This document shows positions 9,679 to 19,234 of a stretch of DNA of 64,000 nucleotides, piece after piece. Position 1 is the first letter of the stretch, and each line of letters starts with the position of its first letter. The DNA lies in the NCBI GenBank assembly GCA_949287075.1, contig CASEEU010000052.1, positions 7,606-71,605 on the forward strand, in the 5' to 3' direction. A program made the position numbers and the translations under genes. The DNA comes from an uncultured Eubacteriales bacterium. Its GTDB lineage: Bacteria; Bacillota; Clostridia; TANB77; CAG-508. Under the pieces are notes generated by a model. That model worked only from the letters and a program-made list of their open reading frames with translations. It searched no databases and was not told where the DNA came from.

Positions 9679-10611
9679 ATGAATCAAATTTTAGCGACTA
9701 GTAATCCAACAACTAAAAAAGCAAAAAAAAATAGTGGACCAGCAGATATCAAAACGGTTGTTAGGGTGTTTGCAATAGCAATGCTAGTATTTGGCGTATT
9801 TATGATAGGAACAGGATCTTATGCTATATATAAAGATAATGTAGATAGTAATACAGAAATTACAAAGCCAGTCATAACAGAATCACTTAATGAAGATAGT
9901 ACGGCAGTTATATTAACAGTGACACATGATAAGGCGATTGATAGAATTGAATATAGTTGGAATAATGATGAAGTACAAACAATAACAGGTAATGGAAGAA
10001 AATATATTGAACAAGAAATAGAAATTCCTGGAGGAACGAACACTTTAAATGTAAGAGCTGTTGATACACAAGGACAAGAAATTTCTACTCAAAGGGAATA
10101 TACAGTAGATGATATTATTAATTTAACAATTTCAGAAAATAACAAATTAAAAATAACAGCAGAAAGTCAAACAGAAATTGCTTATATGACGTATAGATGG
10201 GACGAAGAAGAAGAAGAAACAATTGATATCAATGCTACAATGGTAGATCAAGAAATTGATATTCCTATGGGAACACATAATATAACAATTGTTTTAGTAG
10301 ATGTTAATAATGAATCAATAACAAAAGAACAAAAGGTAATGGGAACAACAAAACCAACAATCAATGTAGAAACAGATGATACAGGAGAATATTATTTAAT
10401 TACCATTACAGATGAAACTGGATTAGAAAAAGTAGATTTAAATATTAGAGGAGAACAACGAACCATTACGGTTGAAGATGGAAAGAAAGAATTGAAATAT
10501 AAACTTAAGATTAATGATAATGATGAAAATAGATTAGAAATTACAGCATATAATGTGGATGGAATTGCTTCAGATACAGTAAAAAAGATGGCAAATAAAA
10601 CAAATCATTAA
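9679..10611 (+). CDS. Membrane-anchored protein with three roughly 75-aa Ig-like repeat modules (hypothetical)
   Basis: The start is chosen at ATG 9679 (MNQILAT), downstream of the predicted promoter and of the SD gagagg. There is one TM segment (VVRVFAIAMLVFGVFMIGTGSYAIY). Three internally similar beta-rich modules follow. Confidence 0.65.
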   Translation: MNQILATSNPTTKKAKKNSGPADIKTVVRVFAIAMLVFGVFMIGTGSYAIYKDNVDSNTEITKPVITESLNEDSTAVILTVTHDKAIDRIEYSWNNDEVQTITGNGRKYIEQEIEIPGGTNTLNVRAVDTQGQEISTQREYTVDDIINLTISENNKLKITAESQTEIAYMTYRWDEEEEETIDINATMVDQEIDIPMGTHNITIVLVDVNNESITKEQKVMGTTKPTINVETDDTGEYYLITITDETGLEKVDLNIRGEQRTITVEDGKKELKYKLKINDNDENRLEITAYNVDGIASDTVKKMANKTNH

Positions 10612-10702
10612 AAATAGGAATATGCTGGATGATAAAAGATTTCCCTACATATAAGATGGTATGTAGGGAAATAGATTAATGTACACTAAGGAAGGAAAGC
10701 AT

Positions 10703-11482
10703 ATGGATAATACGTTTTTTCATATATTAACCTATTTTGTTATTTATTCATTTTTGGGTTGGATTTTAGAAAGTATTGTGAGAACAATTTGTGAAAGAAA
10801 AATTATCAATACAGGATTTTTAATAGGACCATTTTGTCCCATATATGGATTTGGTGCTATTATCATGATATTATTTTTAGACCAATTTAAAAATAATATC
10901 ATACTTTTATTTTTCAGTTCTTTCATTATATTAAGTTTATGGGAATATATAGTAGGTGTATTGTTAGAAAAATTTTTTGCTACAAAATATTGGGATTATT
11001 CAGACCATAAATTTAATTATAAAGGTAGAATTTGTTTAACAAATTCTATAGCATGGGGAATTTTAGGTGTATTATTTATTAACTATATACACCCAACTAT
11101 TACACAGCTCTTAGAATATGTAGATTTCATATATGTAGCGATTATTACTAGTATCATAGCTATTATATTATTAATAGATGCTATTATTAGTATTATAAAA
11201 GTTAAAAACATAAAAACAACATTAGAAAAAATAGAAGAAATTAATGAACAAATTAAACAAAAATTATTAGAATTGAAAGACCGAGAAAAAATATCAGCAA
11301 ATGATAATATACAGAATTTAATAAACAATTTAAAAACACGAAGAGACAAAACGATGAGACATTTATATAGAAGAGCATACAGATTGAAAAAAGCCTTCCC
11401 AGCTATTGATACAAAAGAATTTACAGAAATATTAAATAAAAAAATAGAATTTAAACATAAAAAAGAAAAAAAGGGTGAATAA
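10703..11482 (+). CDS. Polytopic membrane protein, putative ABC-transporter type IV / CmpB-like family (PF06541-like)
   Basis: The SD aaggaagg precedes ATG 10703. The motif KYWDYSDHKFNYKGRICLTNSIAWGILGV is typical of that family as I recall it. There are several TM segments and a C-terminal Lys-rich tail. Confidence 0.6.
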   Translation: MDNTFFHILTYFVIYSFLGWILESIVRTICERKIINTGFLIGPFCPIYGFGAIIMILFLDQFKNNIILLFFSSFIILSLWEYIVGVLLEKFFATKYWDYSDHKFNYKGRICLTNSIAWGILGVLFINYIHPTITQLLEYVDFIYVAIITSIIAIILLIDAIISIIKVKNIKTTLEKIEEINEQIKQKLLELKDREKISANDNIQNLINNLKTRRDKTMRHLYRRAYRLKKAFPAIDTKEFTEILNKKIEFKHKKEKKGE

Positions 11483-11483
11483 C

Positions 11484-12419
11484 ATGGTTCAAGAAATTTA
11501 TATTATAGATGATGATGATTCATCTATCGTAATTTTTAGAGAATTATTTAAAGAAGATAAGGAATATAAATTTATTAGTGTAAAGTCAGAACAAATTGAT
11601 ATTGCTTTAAAAAATATTCCATCATTGATTATTATTAATGAAGATGCAATTGATAGAGATGTCGTAGGACTTTGTAAACAAATTAGGAGAGATGAGGATA
11701 ACACAATTACTCCTGTAATTGTGGTATCATCTAATAGTGATAAAGAGCATAGAATGAAGATACTAAGAGAATCAATTGAATATTATATTAAAAAACCAGT
11801 TGATGAAGAATATTTATATTTTACAGTCAAAAATTTAAATAGATTACTTGCAAATAACAGAAGAGTTAGTCCATTAACAGGATTACCAGGAAATGTCCAA
11901 ATACATGCAGAATTGAAAAAGAGGATATCTAATAATGAACCATTTTCTGTATTATATTTAGATTTAGATAACTTTAAAGCATATAATGATGTTTATGGTT
12001 TTGTAAAGGGAGATCAAATTATTGAATTTACAGCAGAAACTATATTAAAAGGTGTTCATAATGATTTTACTGAAGAAGTATTTGTTGGTCATATTGGAGG
12101 AGATGATTTTGTTGCCATAGTACCATCAACCAATTGTGAGAAGATATGCCAAAACATATTAGCCATATTTGATAGTAATGTGAAAAAATTCTTTACAGAA
12201 AAGGATGTAGAAAAAGGATATATTGAAGTCGAAAATAGAAAAGGTATTATTGAACAATTTCCTTTAACTTCTCTTTCAATAGGTGTGGTTGTGGCTGATC
12301 CAGGAAGATTTCATAATATATTGGAAATAGGGGAAGTAGGAGCACAAGTAAAACATGCAGCTAAATCTGTTATGGGAAGTAGTTATGCAGTAGATAGAAG
12401 AAAACAAATTAGTAATTAA
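11484..12419 (+). CDS. Response-regulator receiver plus GGDEF-type diguanylate cyclase domain, with a GGDDF variant active site
   Basis: The N-terminus is IYIIDDDD...VIVVSS...YYIKKP, which is receiver-like. The cyclase part reads PLTGLPGN...YLDLDNFKAYNDVYGF.KGD...GHIGGDDFVAI. Confidence 0.85.
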   Translation: MVQEIYIIDDDDSSIVIFRELFKEDKEYKFISVKSEQIDIALKNIPSLIIINEDAIDRDVVGLCKQIRRDEDNTITPVIVVSSNSDKEHRMKILRESIEYYIKKPVDEEYLYFTVKNLNRLLANNRRVSPLTGLPGNVQIHAELKKRISNNEPFSVLYLDLDNFKAYNDVYGFVKGDQIIEFTAETILKGVHNDFTEEVFVGHIGGDDFVAIVPSTNCEKICQNILAIFDSNVKKFFTEKDVEKGYIEVENRKGIIEQFPLTSLSIGVVVADPGRFHNILEIGEVGAQVKHAAKSVMGSSYAVDRRKQISN

Positions 12420-12485
12420 AAAGAACTTGAGTAATAAACTCAAGTTCTTTTTATGGTATAGGAAAAATTATTTTCCTATACCATA
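12420..12485 (+). terminator. Two tandem hairpins after the GGDEF gene
   Basis: The first is aagaacttgag-taataaa-ctcaagttctt followed by ttt. The second is tatggtataggaaaa-atta-ttttcctatacca. Confidence 0.75.
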
Positions 12486-12563
12486 AAAAAAGAACATTGT
12501 TCTAAAAACAAAAATCATAAATAAACTAAAATAGAAATTACAAATATTTTAGGAGTTTATTAT

Positions 12564-13284
12564 ATGAATAAGAATAAAGTAAAAAGACTTATCATGATAT
12601 ATATCATACTAATGATTAGTGTGATATATGTAAGTATTAGAAGAACAGATAGAAATATAGGGGATGCTGTTCAAGTAACAACATTACCGGTTTCTGGAAA
12701 AGTAGTCATATTAGATGCTGGACATGGTACACCAGATGAACGGTGCAGAAAGTAAAAATGGGACGACTGAAGCACAAATTAATTTACAGATTGTACTAAA
12801 AATACAACAGCTTTTAGAACAATCAGGTTGTACAGTCATTTTGACAAGATCAGATGAAAATGCGATCTATGATTTAGATGCAAAGACATTAAAACAAAAA
12901 AAGATTTCAGATATACGAAATCGTGTAAAAATCGGAAATGAATCTTCAGCAGATATATTTGTATCTATTCATTTAAATAAAATTAATGAACAACAATATG
13001 ATGGTTGGCAAACCTTTTTTAATACAAGTAATGAACAAAGTGAAGTTTTGGCAGAACAAATTCAAACAAGTTTAAATGAAACTATTCAAAAAGAAAATCA
13101 TAGGATAGCTATGAAATTAAATACAGTATATATTATGAAACATGTAGAAATTCCTATATCTATTGTAGAATGCGGTTTTCTTTCTAATCCGCAAGAAGAA
13201 CAAGAATTACAACAAGAAGAATATCAAAATCGATTGGCTTGGGGAATCTATAATGGAATTATTGGTTATTTTTCAAATTTATAA
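12564..13284 (+). pseudogene. cwlD: Germination-specific N-acetylmuramoyl-L-alanine amidase CwlD, interrupted by a +1 frameshift at about 12741
   Basis: The first ORF (12564..12755) has an N-terminal TM and ends ...VILDAGHGTPDERCRK*. The second ORF, in the +1 frame, continues GAESKNGTTEAQINLQIVLKIQQLLEQSGCTVILTRSDE.... Skipping c12741 gives GHGTPDEGAES, which matches the amidase_3 GHGGxDxGA motif without any gap. Confidence 0.8.
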
Positions 13285-13379
13285 TCATTTTTGAGATATT
13301 CTAAAGTTAAGAAAATAATGTAATAAATTAAAAAACGAGGACATATATATTAATATCATGACGATGTAGGAGGAAATAT

Positions 13380-14150
13380 ATGTTTATCGTATTTAATAAA
13401 CAAAAAATATATACATATTGTGTATCAATTATAACTGTTATTCTATTATTTTGTATGGCAGGAGTATTGACAAAAGAAAAAGAAGCACTTACCACCGCCT
13501 CTACAAATGAAAAGTTTTTACCTATCTATAAAGTACAAACAGAGGAAAATAAAGTAGCTTTAACTATGAACTGTGCATGGAATGCAGATGATATTGATAA
13601 AATACTAGAAATATTAGAAAAAAACAATGTAAAAATAACCTTTTTTATGGTAGGTGATTGGATAGAAAAATATCCAGAGGCAGTCAAAAAAATATATGAA
13701 GCAGGTCATGAAATTGGAACACATAGTGATACACATCCACATGTTAATCATTTAAGTTATGAAGAAAATATAAAAGAAATAGAAAATAGTAATGACAAAA
13801 TAGAAAAGATTACAGGAACTAGAACAAACTTATATAGAACGCCATATGGGGAATATAATCAAACAGTGATAAAAGCAGCACAAGATAAAGGATATTATAC
13901 AATTCAATGGAGTTTAGATACATTAGATTATACAGGTTTAACAGGAGATGAAATGTGGAATCGAATCAAAGATAAAATGGAAACAGGAGATATCATATTA
14001 ATGCATAATGGAACCAAGCATACTGCAGATAGTTTAGATAAGATATTAAAAAATATAAAAGAAAAAAATTTAGAAGTTGTAAAAGTTTCAGAACTGATAT
14101 ACAAAGAAAACTATACAATAGACACTAATGGAATGCAAAAAAGTAATTAA
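13380..14150 (+). CDS. pdaB: Polysaccharide deacetylase family sporulation protein, PdaB-like
   Basis: There is an N-terminal TM. The sequence then reads IYKVQTEENKVALTMNCAWNADD...VKITFFMVGDWIEKYPE...GHEIGTHSDTHPH. Confidence 0.75.
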   Translation: MFIVFNKQKIYTYCVSIITVILLFCMAGVLTKEKEALTTASTNEKFLPIYKVQTEENKVALTMNCAWNADDIDKILEILEKNNVKITFFMVGDWIEKYPEAVKKIYEAGHEIGTHSDTHPHVNHLSYEENIKEIENSNDKIEKITGTRTNLYRTPYGEYNQTVIKAAQDKGYYTIQWSLDTLDYTGLTGDEMWNRIKDKMETGDIILMHNGTKHTADSLDKILKNIKEKNLEVVKVSELIYKENYTIDTNGMQKSN

Positions 14151-14218
14151 GTATATTGTTATGTATAAAATTGGAAATAGAGGGAAAAATAAATATAGTT
14201 TTTTTAGGAGACAGGAAA

Positions 14219-14725
14219 ATGCATTTTATTGGTATTTTTTCAAATCATTCAGAATTTGAAATGATAAAACAAAATATAATAAAAATAGTAAAGCGAAAAG
14301 ATTTAGAAATCATTCATATAAGTTCTAAAAATATAGAAAATATGAAAAATATTATATTTGAAACAATAGTGTTATGTAATCAGGAAAAAATGAATCATGT
14401 ACAAAAAAATATACTCAATATAATTTGCAGTAATTGTATGTTTATTATTGTAAATGCTGATGTATTTTGTAATACGGAAATCATATCTAATAAAAAAACA
14501 AATTGTATCAGTTATGGGCTAAATCAAAAGTCTACAATAACGATTTCTAGTATTCAAGAAGATAAAGCAATTTTATCTATTCAAAGAAATATAAGAAATT
14601 TACAGCAAAAAGTTATTGAAATGGGAGAAATCAGTATAGATTTAGAACAATATAAAAGAAACAATATAGAAAATTTATTAGCAATTTTTACAGTTTATCT
14701 TATATATGGCCAAGAAATCGATTGA
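14219..14725 (+). CDS. Hypothetical protein
   Basis: The SD taggag precedes ATG 14219 (MHFIGIF...). I recognise no motif. Confidence 0.5.
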   Translation: MHFIGIFSNHSEFEMIKQNIIKIVKRKDLEIIHISSKNIENMKNIIFETIVLCNQEKMNHVQKNILNIICSNCMFIIVNADVFCNTEIISNKKTNCISYGLNQKSTITISSIQEDKAILSIQRNIRNLQQKVIEMGEISIDLEQYKRNNIENLLAIFTVYLIYGQEID

Positions 14726-14771
14726 AAAATAAAGAATTTTTACAAAAAAATTACAAATTTAACTTTTTATG

Positions 14772-14800
14772 TAGACAAAACCGGGAAAATGTTGTATAAT
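14772..14800 (+). promoter_or_regulatory. Sigma-A-like promoter with an extended -10
   Basis: TAGACA lies at 14772..14777, followed by a 17-nt spacer and tgt-TATAAT ending at 14800. Confidence 0.55.
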
Positions 14801-14867
14801 AGGTAATGTAGACTAAAAGAGGTAAAAAAATACAATTGATAAAATAAATTTTAAGGAGGAAAATAAA

Positions 14868-15572
14868 TTGGATACAAATTATTTAGAAAACAACTATTTA
14901 ACATTAGTTGGAAAAGTTACAGGAGAAAAGAAATTTAGTCATGAAATTTATGGTGAAAGATTTTATATTTTTAATTTAGAAATACCTCGTTTAAGTGGTG
15001 TATCAGACATTATACCAATTACAATTTCTGAAAGACTAATAACAGAAGATACATTAAATGAAGGACAAAAATTATTAGTAAAAGGACAATTTAGATCATA
15101 TAACAGTTATGAAAGTGAAAAGAACAGATTAATATTAACAGTTTTTGCTAAAGATGTAAAAGTTATATCTGAGGAAGAACAAAGCGAAGAAGAAAATGAA
15201 ATAACGAAAAAAGATATTGTTACCAATGAAGTTGTTTTAATTGGATATATATGCAAAAAACCAATTTATAGACAAACGCCATTTGGTAGAGAAATTGCAG
15301 ATATCTTACTTGCAGTTAATAGAGCATATAACAAATCAGACTATATTCCATGTATTGCATGGGGAAGAAATGCAAGATTCTGTCAAAATCTTGAAGTAGG
15401 TTCTCAAATAAAATTAGTAGGTAGAGTTCAATCAAGAACTTACGAAAAGAAACATGAAGACGGAACTGTTGAAACAAGAGTAGCTTATGAAGTTTCAGTA
15501 GGAAGTTTAGAAGTAATTGAAGAAAATGATAATGAAAATTCAGTTGAAACAGAAAATCAAGAAGCTGTATAA
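14868..15572 (+). CDS. SSB-like protein with two tandem OB folds
   Basis: A TTG start follows the SD aaggagga. The second half reads VVLIGYICKKPIYRQTPFGREIADILLAVNRAY...IPCIAWGRNARFCQNLEVGSQIKLVGRVQSRTY, which fits the SSB OB pattern. The first half has a similar pattern. The tail is acidic but lacks the canonical D-D-D-I/L-P-F tip. Confidence 0.6.
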   Translation: MDTNYLENNYLTLVGKVTGEKKFSHEIYGERFYIFNLEIPRLSGVSDIIPITISERLITEDTLNEGQKLLVKGQFRSYNSYESEKNRLILTVFAKDVKVISEEEQSEEENEITKKDIVTNEVVLIGYICKKPIYRQTPFGREIADILLAVNRAYNKSDYIPCIAWGRNARFCQNLEVGSQIKLVGRVQSRTYEKKHEDGTVETRVAYEVSVGSLEVIEENDNENSVETENQEAV

Positions 15573-15590
15573 AACATGAATGAAAAAATA

Positions 15591-15627
15591 AAAAGTTTGA
15601 AAAGTATAGTCTTTTCAAACTTTTTTT
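15591..15627 (+). terminator. Rho-independent terminator
   Basis: The hairpin is aaaagtttgaaaag-tatagt-cttttcaaactttt followed by a T run. Confidence 0.8.
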
Positions 15628-15644
15628 GATATAATGCAAAAGAT

Positions 15645-15892
15645 AGTTATTGTTCAGACAGATATACACAAGTGGGAAGTATTCATAAATGATTTATTAC
15701 TCGGCTCAATACGATATTTAAGAATTTGTAATATAATTTATTGAGCCTCTTTCACTCAGCCCCTCACTACGTGAGTACCGTGAACATTCCTCAATAAATT
15801 CTATAACAAATTCTAAAACATCTCCAATCACATTCGTAATTAAATCATTTATGAATACTTCCCACTTGTGTATATCTGTCTGAACAGTAACT
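15645..15892. repeat. 248-nt element that folds into one long hairpin, with 56/57-nt terminal inverted repeats and a nested 24-nt inverted repeat
   Basis: The left arm is agttattgttcagacagatatacacaagtgggaagtattcataaatgatttattac (15645..15700). The reverse complement of 15836..15892 is agttactgttcagacagatatacacaagtgggaagtattcataaatgatttaattac, which differs by 1 mismatch and 1 indel. The inner inverted repeat is gaatttgtaatataatttattgag (15722..15745) against 15790..15813. Confidence 0.85.
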
Positions 15893-15964
15893 AAGAATAT
15901 ATTACATTTACAATGTATATAAATTTAGTATAAAATAATAATAAAAGATTTGTGGAGGAGAAAC

Positions 15965-17665
15965 ATGTTTAAACGTAAAGATGAAAAAGAGAAAAAGGAG
16001 AAAAACGAGAAGATAAGAAACATATTGAGTTCTAAATGGTTTTTTGGAATAATTGCAATCATATTAATTGCCATATTTTGTATTGCTATGACACCAGTTA
16101 CATTACAAAATGATACTTTTTATACGATAAAAATAGGAGAGCAGATAACCAAAACGGGTATTGATATGCAAGATCATTTTTCCTGGCATGAAGGGTTGGC
16201 ATATACCTATCCACATTGGTTATATGATTTAATAACATACTATATATATTCAGGATTTGGTATGACAGGAATTTATGTAACGACTTGTATTTTGACTGTT
16301 ATATTGGGGATTTCTCTATATATAGTTAATACAAAAATTGCAAAAAATCAATTGATTTCATTTATATTAACAGCGATTGTTATATATATATTGAGAGGGT
16401 ATATAGCAGCAAGAGCACAATTAGCAACCTTTATTTTATTTGTATGGATTATTTATTGTATTGAAATGTTTTTGCAAAATAGAAAAATCCGATATGTGGT
16501 TGGATTGGTTATCATTTCAACATTAATTGCTAATTTACATTGTGCTGTTTGGCCATTTATATTTGTGTTGTTCTTGCCATATATAGCAGAATATGTACTT
16601 GCATTGATAGCAGAAATTGCCATATATAGAAAAGTGAATATAAAAGTCTTGAATTTTAGAATCAAGTTATTAACAAAATCAGGAAAACATGTTGATAAAA
16701 AAATAAAATTAGAAGAAAAATTACAAAATATTATTGAAAAGAATGAAAAAATAAAAATCAAAAGAGAAGAAGATTTAAAAAATCCATATAAAATTAAATT
16801 TAGTAAAAATCCAAATGTAAAATGGTTAATCTTGGTTATGATTATATGTGCATTTACAGGTTTATTAACACCATTAGGAGATACACCATATACCTATTTA
16901 TATAAAACAATGGAAGGAAATACAACGCAAAATATTAATGAACATTTACCAATGACCATTATTGATGAAACGGAAGCTTTATCAGCGATTGTAGTGATTT
17001 TAGCAATATTAACATTTACAAAAACCAAAATAAAACTTAGTGATTTATTCATGATAGGTGGTTTATGTCTTTTAATGTTAGCATCAAGAAGACAAATTAC
17101 CATGTTCTGCATAATTGGTATATTTATTGTAAATAAGATGATATGTGGATTACTTGAATTATATACAAAAAATGGATTAGAAACACTGAAAAAAATATCT
17201 ATGGATAAATTTGGATATGTTTTAATGATTCTTGTGATGCTTGCTTTAAGTTACCATTTTTATGAACCAAAACAAGATGATGAATATATAGATGATACTG
17301 CATATCCAGTACAAGCATGTGATTATATATTAGAGAATATAGATTTAGGACAAGCAAGATTTTATAATGAATATAATTATGGAAGTTATATGATATATAG
17401 AGGAATTCCAGTATTTATTGATTCTAGAGCAGATTTATATGCACCAGAATTTAGTGGAAAAGAAGAGGATATATTCATGGATTTTATCGATACATCTAGT
17501 ATAGGACAATTTTATGAAGATACATTCAAAAAATATGATATTACACATGTGATTACTTATAAAGATTCAAAAATGAATATGATTATAAAAGAAACAAAGG
17601 ATCCAAATTATAAAGAATTATATGAAGATGATTATTTTACTATATACGAAAGACTAAATGTATAA
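15965..17665 (+). CDS. Large polytopic membrane protein with a C-terminal extracytoplasmic domain, possibly a GT-C-type glycosyltransferase
   Basis: The SD ggagg precedes ATG 15965. There are about 12 hydrophobic segments, a Lys-rich loop (KLLTKSGKHVDKKIKLEEK...) and a soluble C-terminal domain of about 130 aa. The family call is only a guess from the architecture. Confidence 0.45.
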   Translation: MFKRKDEKEKKEKNEKIRNILSSKWFFGIIAIILIAIFCIAMTPVTLQNDTFYTIKIGEQITKTGIDMQDHFSWHEGLAYTYPHWLYDLITYYIYSGFGMTGIYVTTCILTVILGISLYIVNTKIAKNQLISFILTAIVIYILRGYIAARAQLATFILFVWIIYCIEMFLQNRKIRYVVGLVIISTLIANLHCAVWPFIFVLFLPYIAEYVLALIAEIAIYRKVNIKVLNFRIKLLTKSGKHVDKKIKLEEKLQNIIEKNEKIKIKREEDLKNPYKIKFSKNPNVKWLILVMIICAFTGLLTPLGDTPYTYLYKTMEGNTTQNINEHLPMTIIDETEALSAIVVILAILTFTKTKIKLSDLFMIGGLCLLMLASRRQITMFCIIGIFIVNKMICGLLELYTKNGLETLKKISMDKFGYVLMILVMLALSYHFYEPKQDDEYIDDTAYPVQACDYILENIDLGQARFYNEYNYGSYMIYRGIPVFIDSRADLYAPEFSGKEEDIFMDFIDTSSIGQFYEDTFKKYDITHVITYKDSKMNMIIKETKDPNYKELYEDDYFTIYERLNV

Positions 17666-17711
17666 GAAAACATATTATTTGTAGAATTATACAATAAAGA
17701 GAGAGGGATTT

Positions 17712-18242
17712 ATGAGGAAAGAAGAAAAGAAAAAATTAAAAAAACTATATATTGTGCTAGCTATTATGATATTTCTTATTATATTTATAGATCAATTATC
17801 TAAAGTTTTTGTTATACATTATGGAGAAATTTCAGTATTATCAGGTAATGTGATATTAAAACAATCAGAAATTTCTAATAGTTATTATGACGAAACTTCT
17901 AGAGGTGTGACGATATTAACCAATTTAGTCATTGTAGGAATTATTTTAGGGATTATAAAAAGTGATAATCAATTTGTAACCCAAAAAACAAAAATATTGT
18001 TAAGTTTTGCTTTTGCAGGAGGGGTTAGCAATATCATTGATAGACTATCTAGAGGAAGAGTGGTAGAGTTTATAAACATTGGGAATTTTCCAGTATTTAA
18101 TATAGCAGATGTTTGTATTTTAATTGGTTGGATTTCTTTTGTTGCTATATTTGCATCTTTTTCTGCAAAAGAATTATTTAATAAAAAATCAAAAACAGAT
18201 GAAAATAAAAAAGTAGAAAATAATGATCATGCCAATTCATAG
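17712..18242 (+). CDS. lspA: Lipoprotein signal peptidase II
   Basis: The motifs GGVSNIIDRL and FPVFNIADVCILIG are present. It has the typical lspA-rluD linkage. Confidence 0.85.
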   Translation: MRKEEKKKLKKLYIVLAIMIFLIIFIDQLSKVFVIHYGEISVLSGNVILKQSEISNSYYDETSRGVTILTNLVIVGIILGIIKSDNQFVTQKTKILLSFAFAGGVSNIIDRLSRGRVVEFINIGNFPVFNIADVCILIGWISFVAIFASFSAKELFNKKSKTDENKKVENNDHANS

Positions 18243-18271
18243 AAAAAAGAGAAGAAAGGATAGAACCATAC

Positions 18272-19183
18272 ATGAAGTATTTTGAAGTAGAAAATGATAA
18301 CAAAAGAATTGATGCATATTTATCAGAAAAACTTGAAGATACGTCAAGAGTAACAATACAAAGATTAATTGCTAATGCAAAAGTATTGGTAAATGGTAAA
18401 ACTGTAAAAGCATCATATAAAGTACAAGTAGGAGATACCATTCAAGTAGAAGAGGAAATTCCAGTGGAAATATCTTTAAAAGCACAAAATATTCCAGTAG
18501 ATATTATTTATGAAGATCAGGATATTATTGTTGTCAATAAACCAAAAGGAATGGTTGTGCATCCAGCCAATGGAAACCCAGATGGAACATTAGTAAATGC
18601 AATTATGGCAATCTGCAAAGACTCTTTATCAGGAATAGGAGGAGAAATTAGACCAGGAATTGTGCACAGATTGGATAAAGATACATCAGGAATTATTATT
18701 GTTGCCAAAAATGATAAAGCACATATTCACTTAAGTGAACAAATCAAGGAACATCAAGTAAAAAAGACATATATCGCTTTGGTAAGAGGAATCGTCAAAG
18801 AAAATGAAGCTACTATTAATATGCCAATTGGAAGAAGTGAAAAAGATAGAAAGAAAATGGCGGTTACTAAAAAAGGAAAAGAAGCCATTACCCATTTTAA
18901 AGTAATACAAAGATATGATAAATACACATTATTACAGGTAAATATCGAAACAGGAAGAACCCATCAAATTAGAGTTCATTTGTCACAAATCGGATATCCA
19001 ATCGTAGGTGATGAAGTGTATTCAAATGGAAAAAATGAGTGGAATGTGAAAGGACAATGTTTACATGCAAAGAGCTTGGAGTTTACACATCCAATAACAG
19101 GAGAAAAAATGTATTTAGAAGCAAAATTGCCTGAATATTTTGAAAATATTTTAAAAGATTTAGAAAATAGAAAAAGAATATAA
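18272..19183 (+). CDS. rluD: RluA/RluD-family 23S rRNA pseudouridine synthase with an S4 domain
   Basis: The motifs are HRLDKDTSGIIIVAKND and GRTHQIRVHL. Confidence 0.9.
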   Translation: MKYFEVENDNKRIDAYLSEKLEDTSRVTIQRLIANAKVLVNGKTVKASYKVQVGDTIQVEEEIPVEISLKAQNIPVDIIYEDQDIIVVNKPKGMVVHPANGNPDGTLVNAIMAICKDSLSGIGGEIRPGIVHRLDKDTSGIIIVAKNDKAHIHLSEQIKEHQVKKTYIALVRGIVKENEATINMPIGRSEKDRKKMAVTKKGKEAITHFKVIQRYDKYTLLQVNIETGRTHQIRVHLSQIGYPIVGDEVYSNGKNEWNVKGQCLHAKSLEFTHPITGEKMYLEAKLPEYFENILKDLENRKRI

Positions 19184-19234
19184 CGGACTCGAACATTTTG
19201 ATTGATAATAAATTTAATCTTAAGTTATTAGAAA

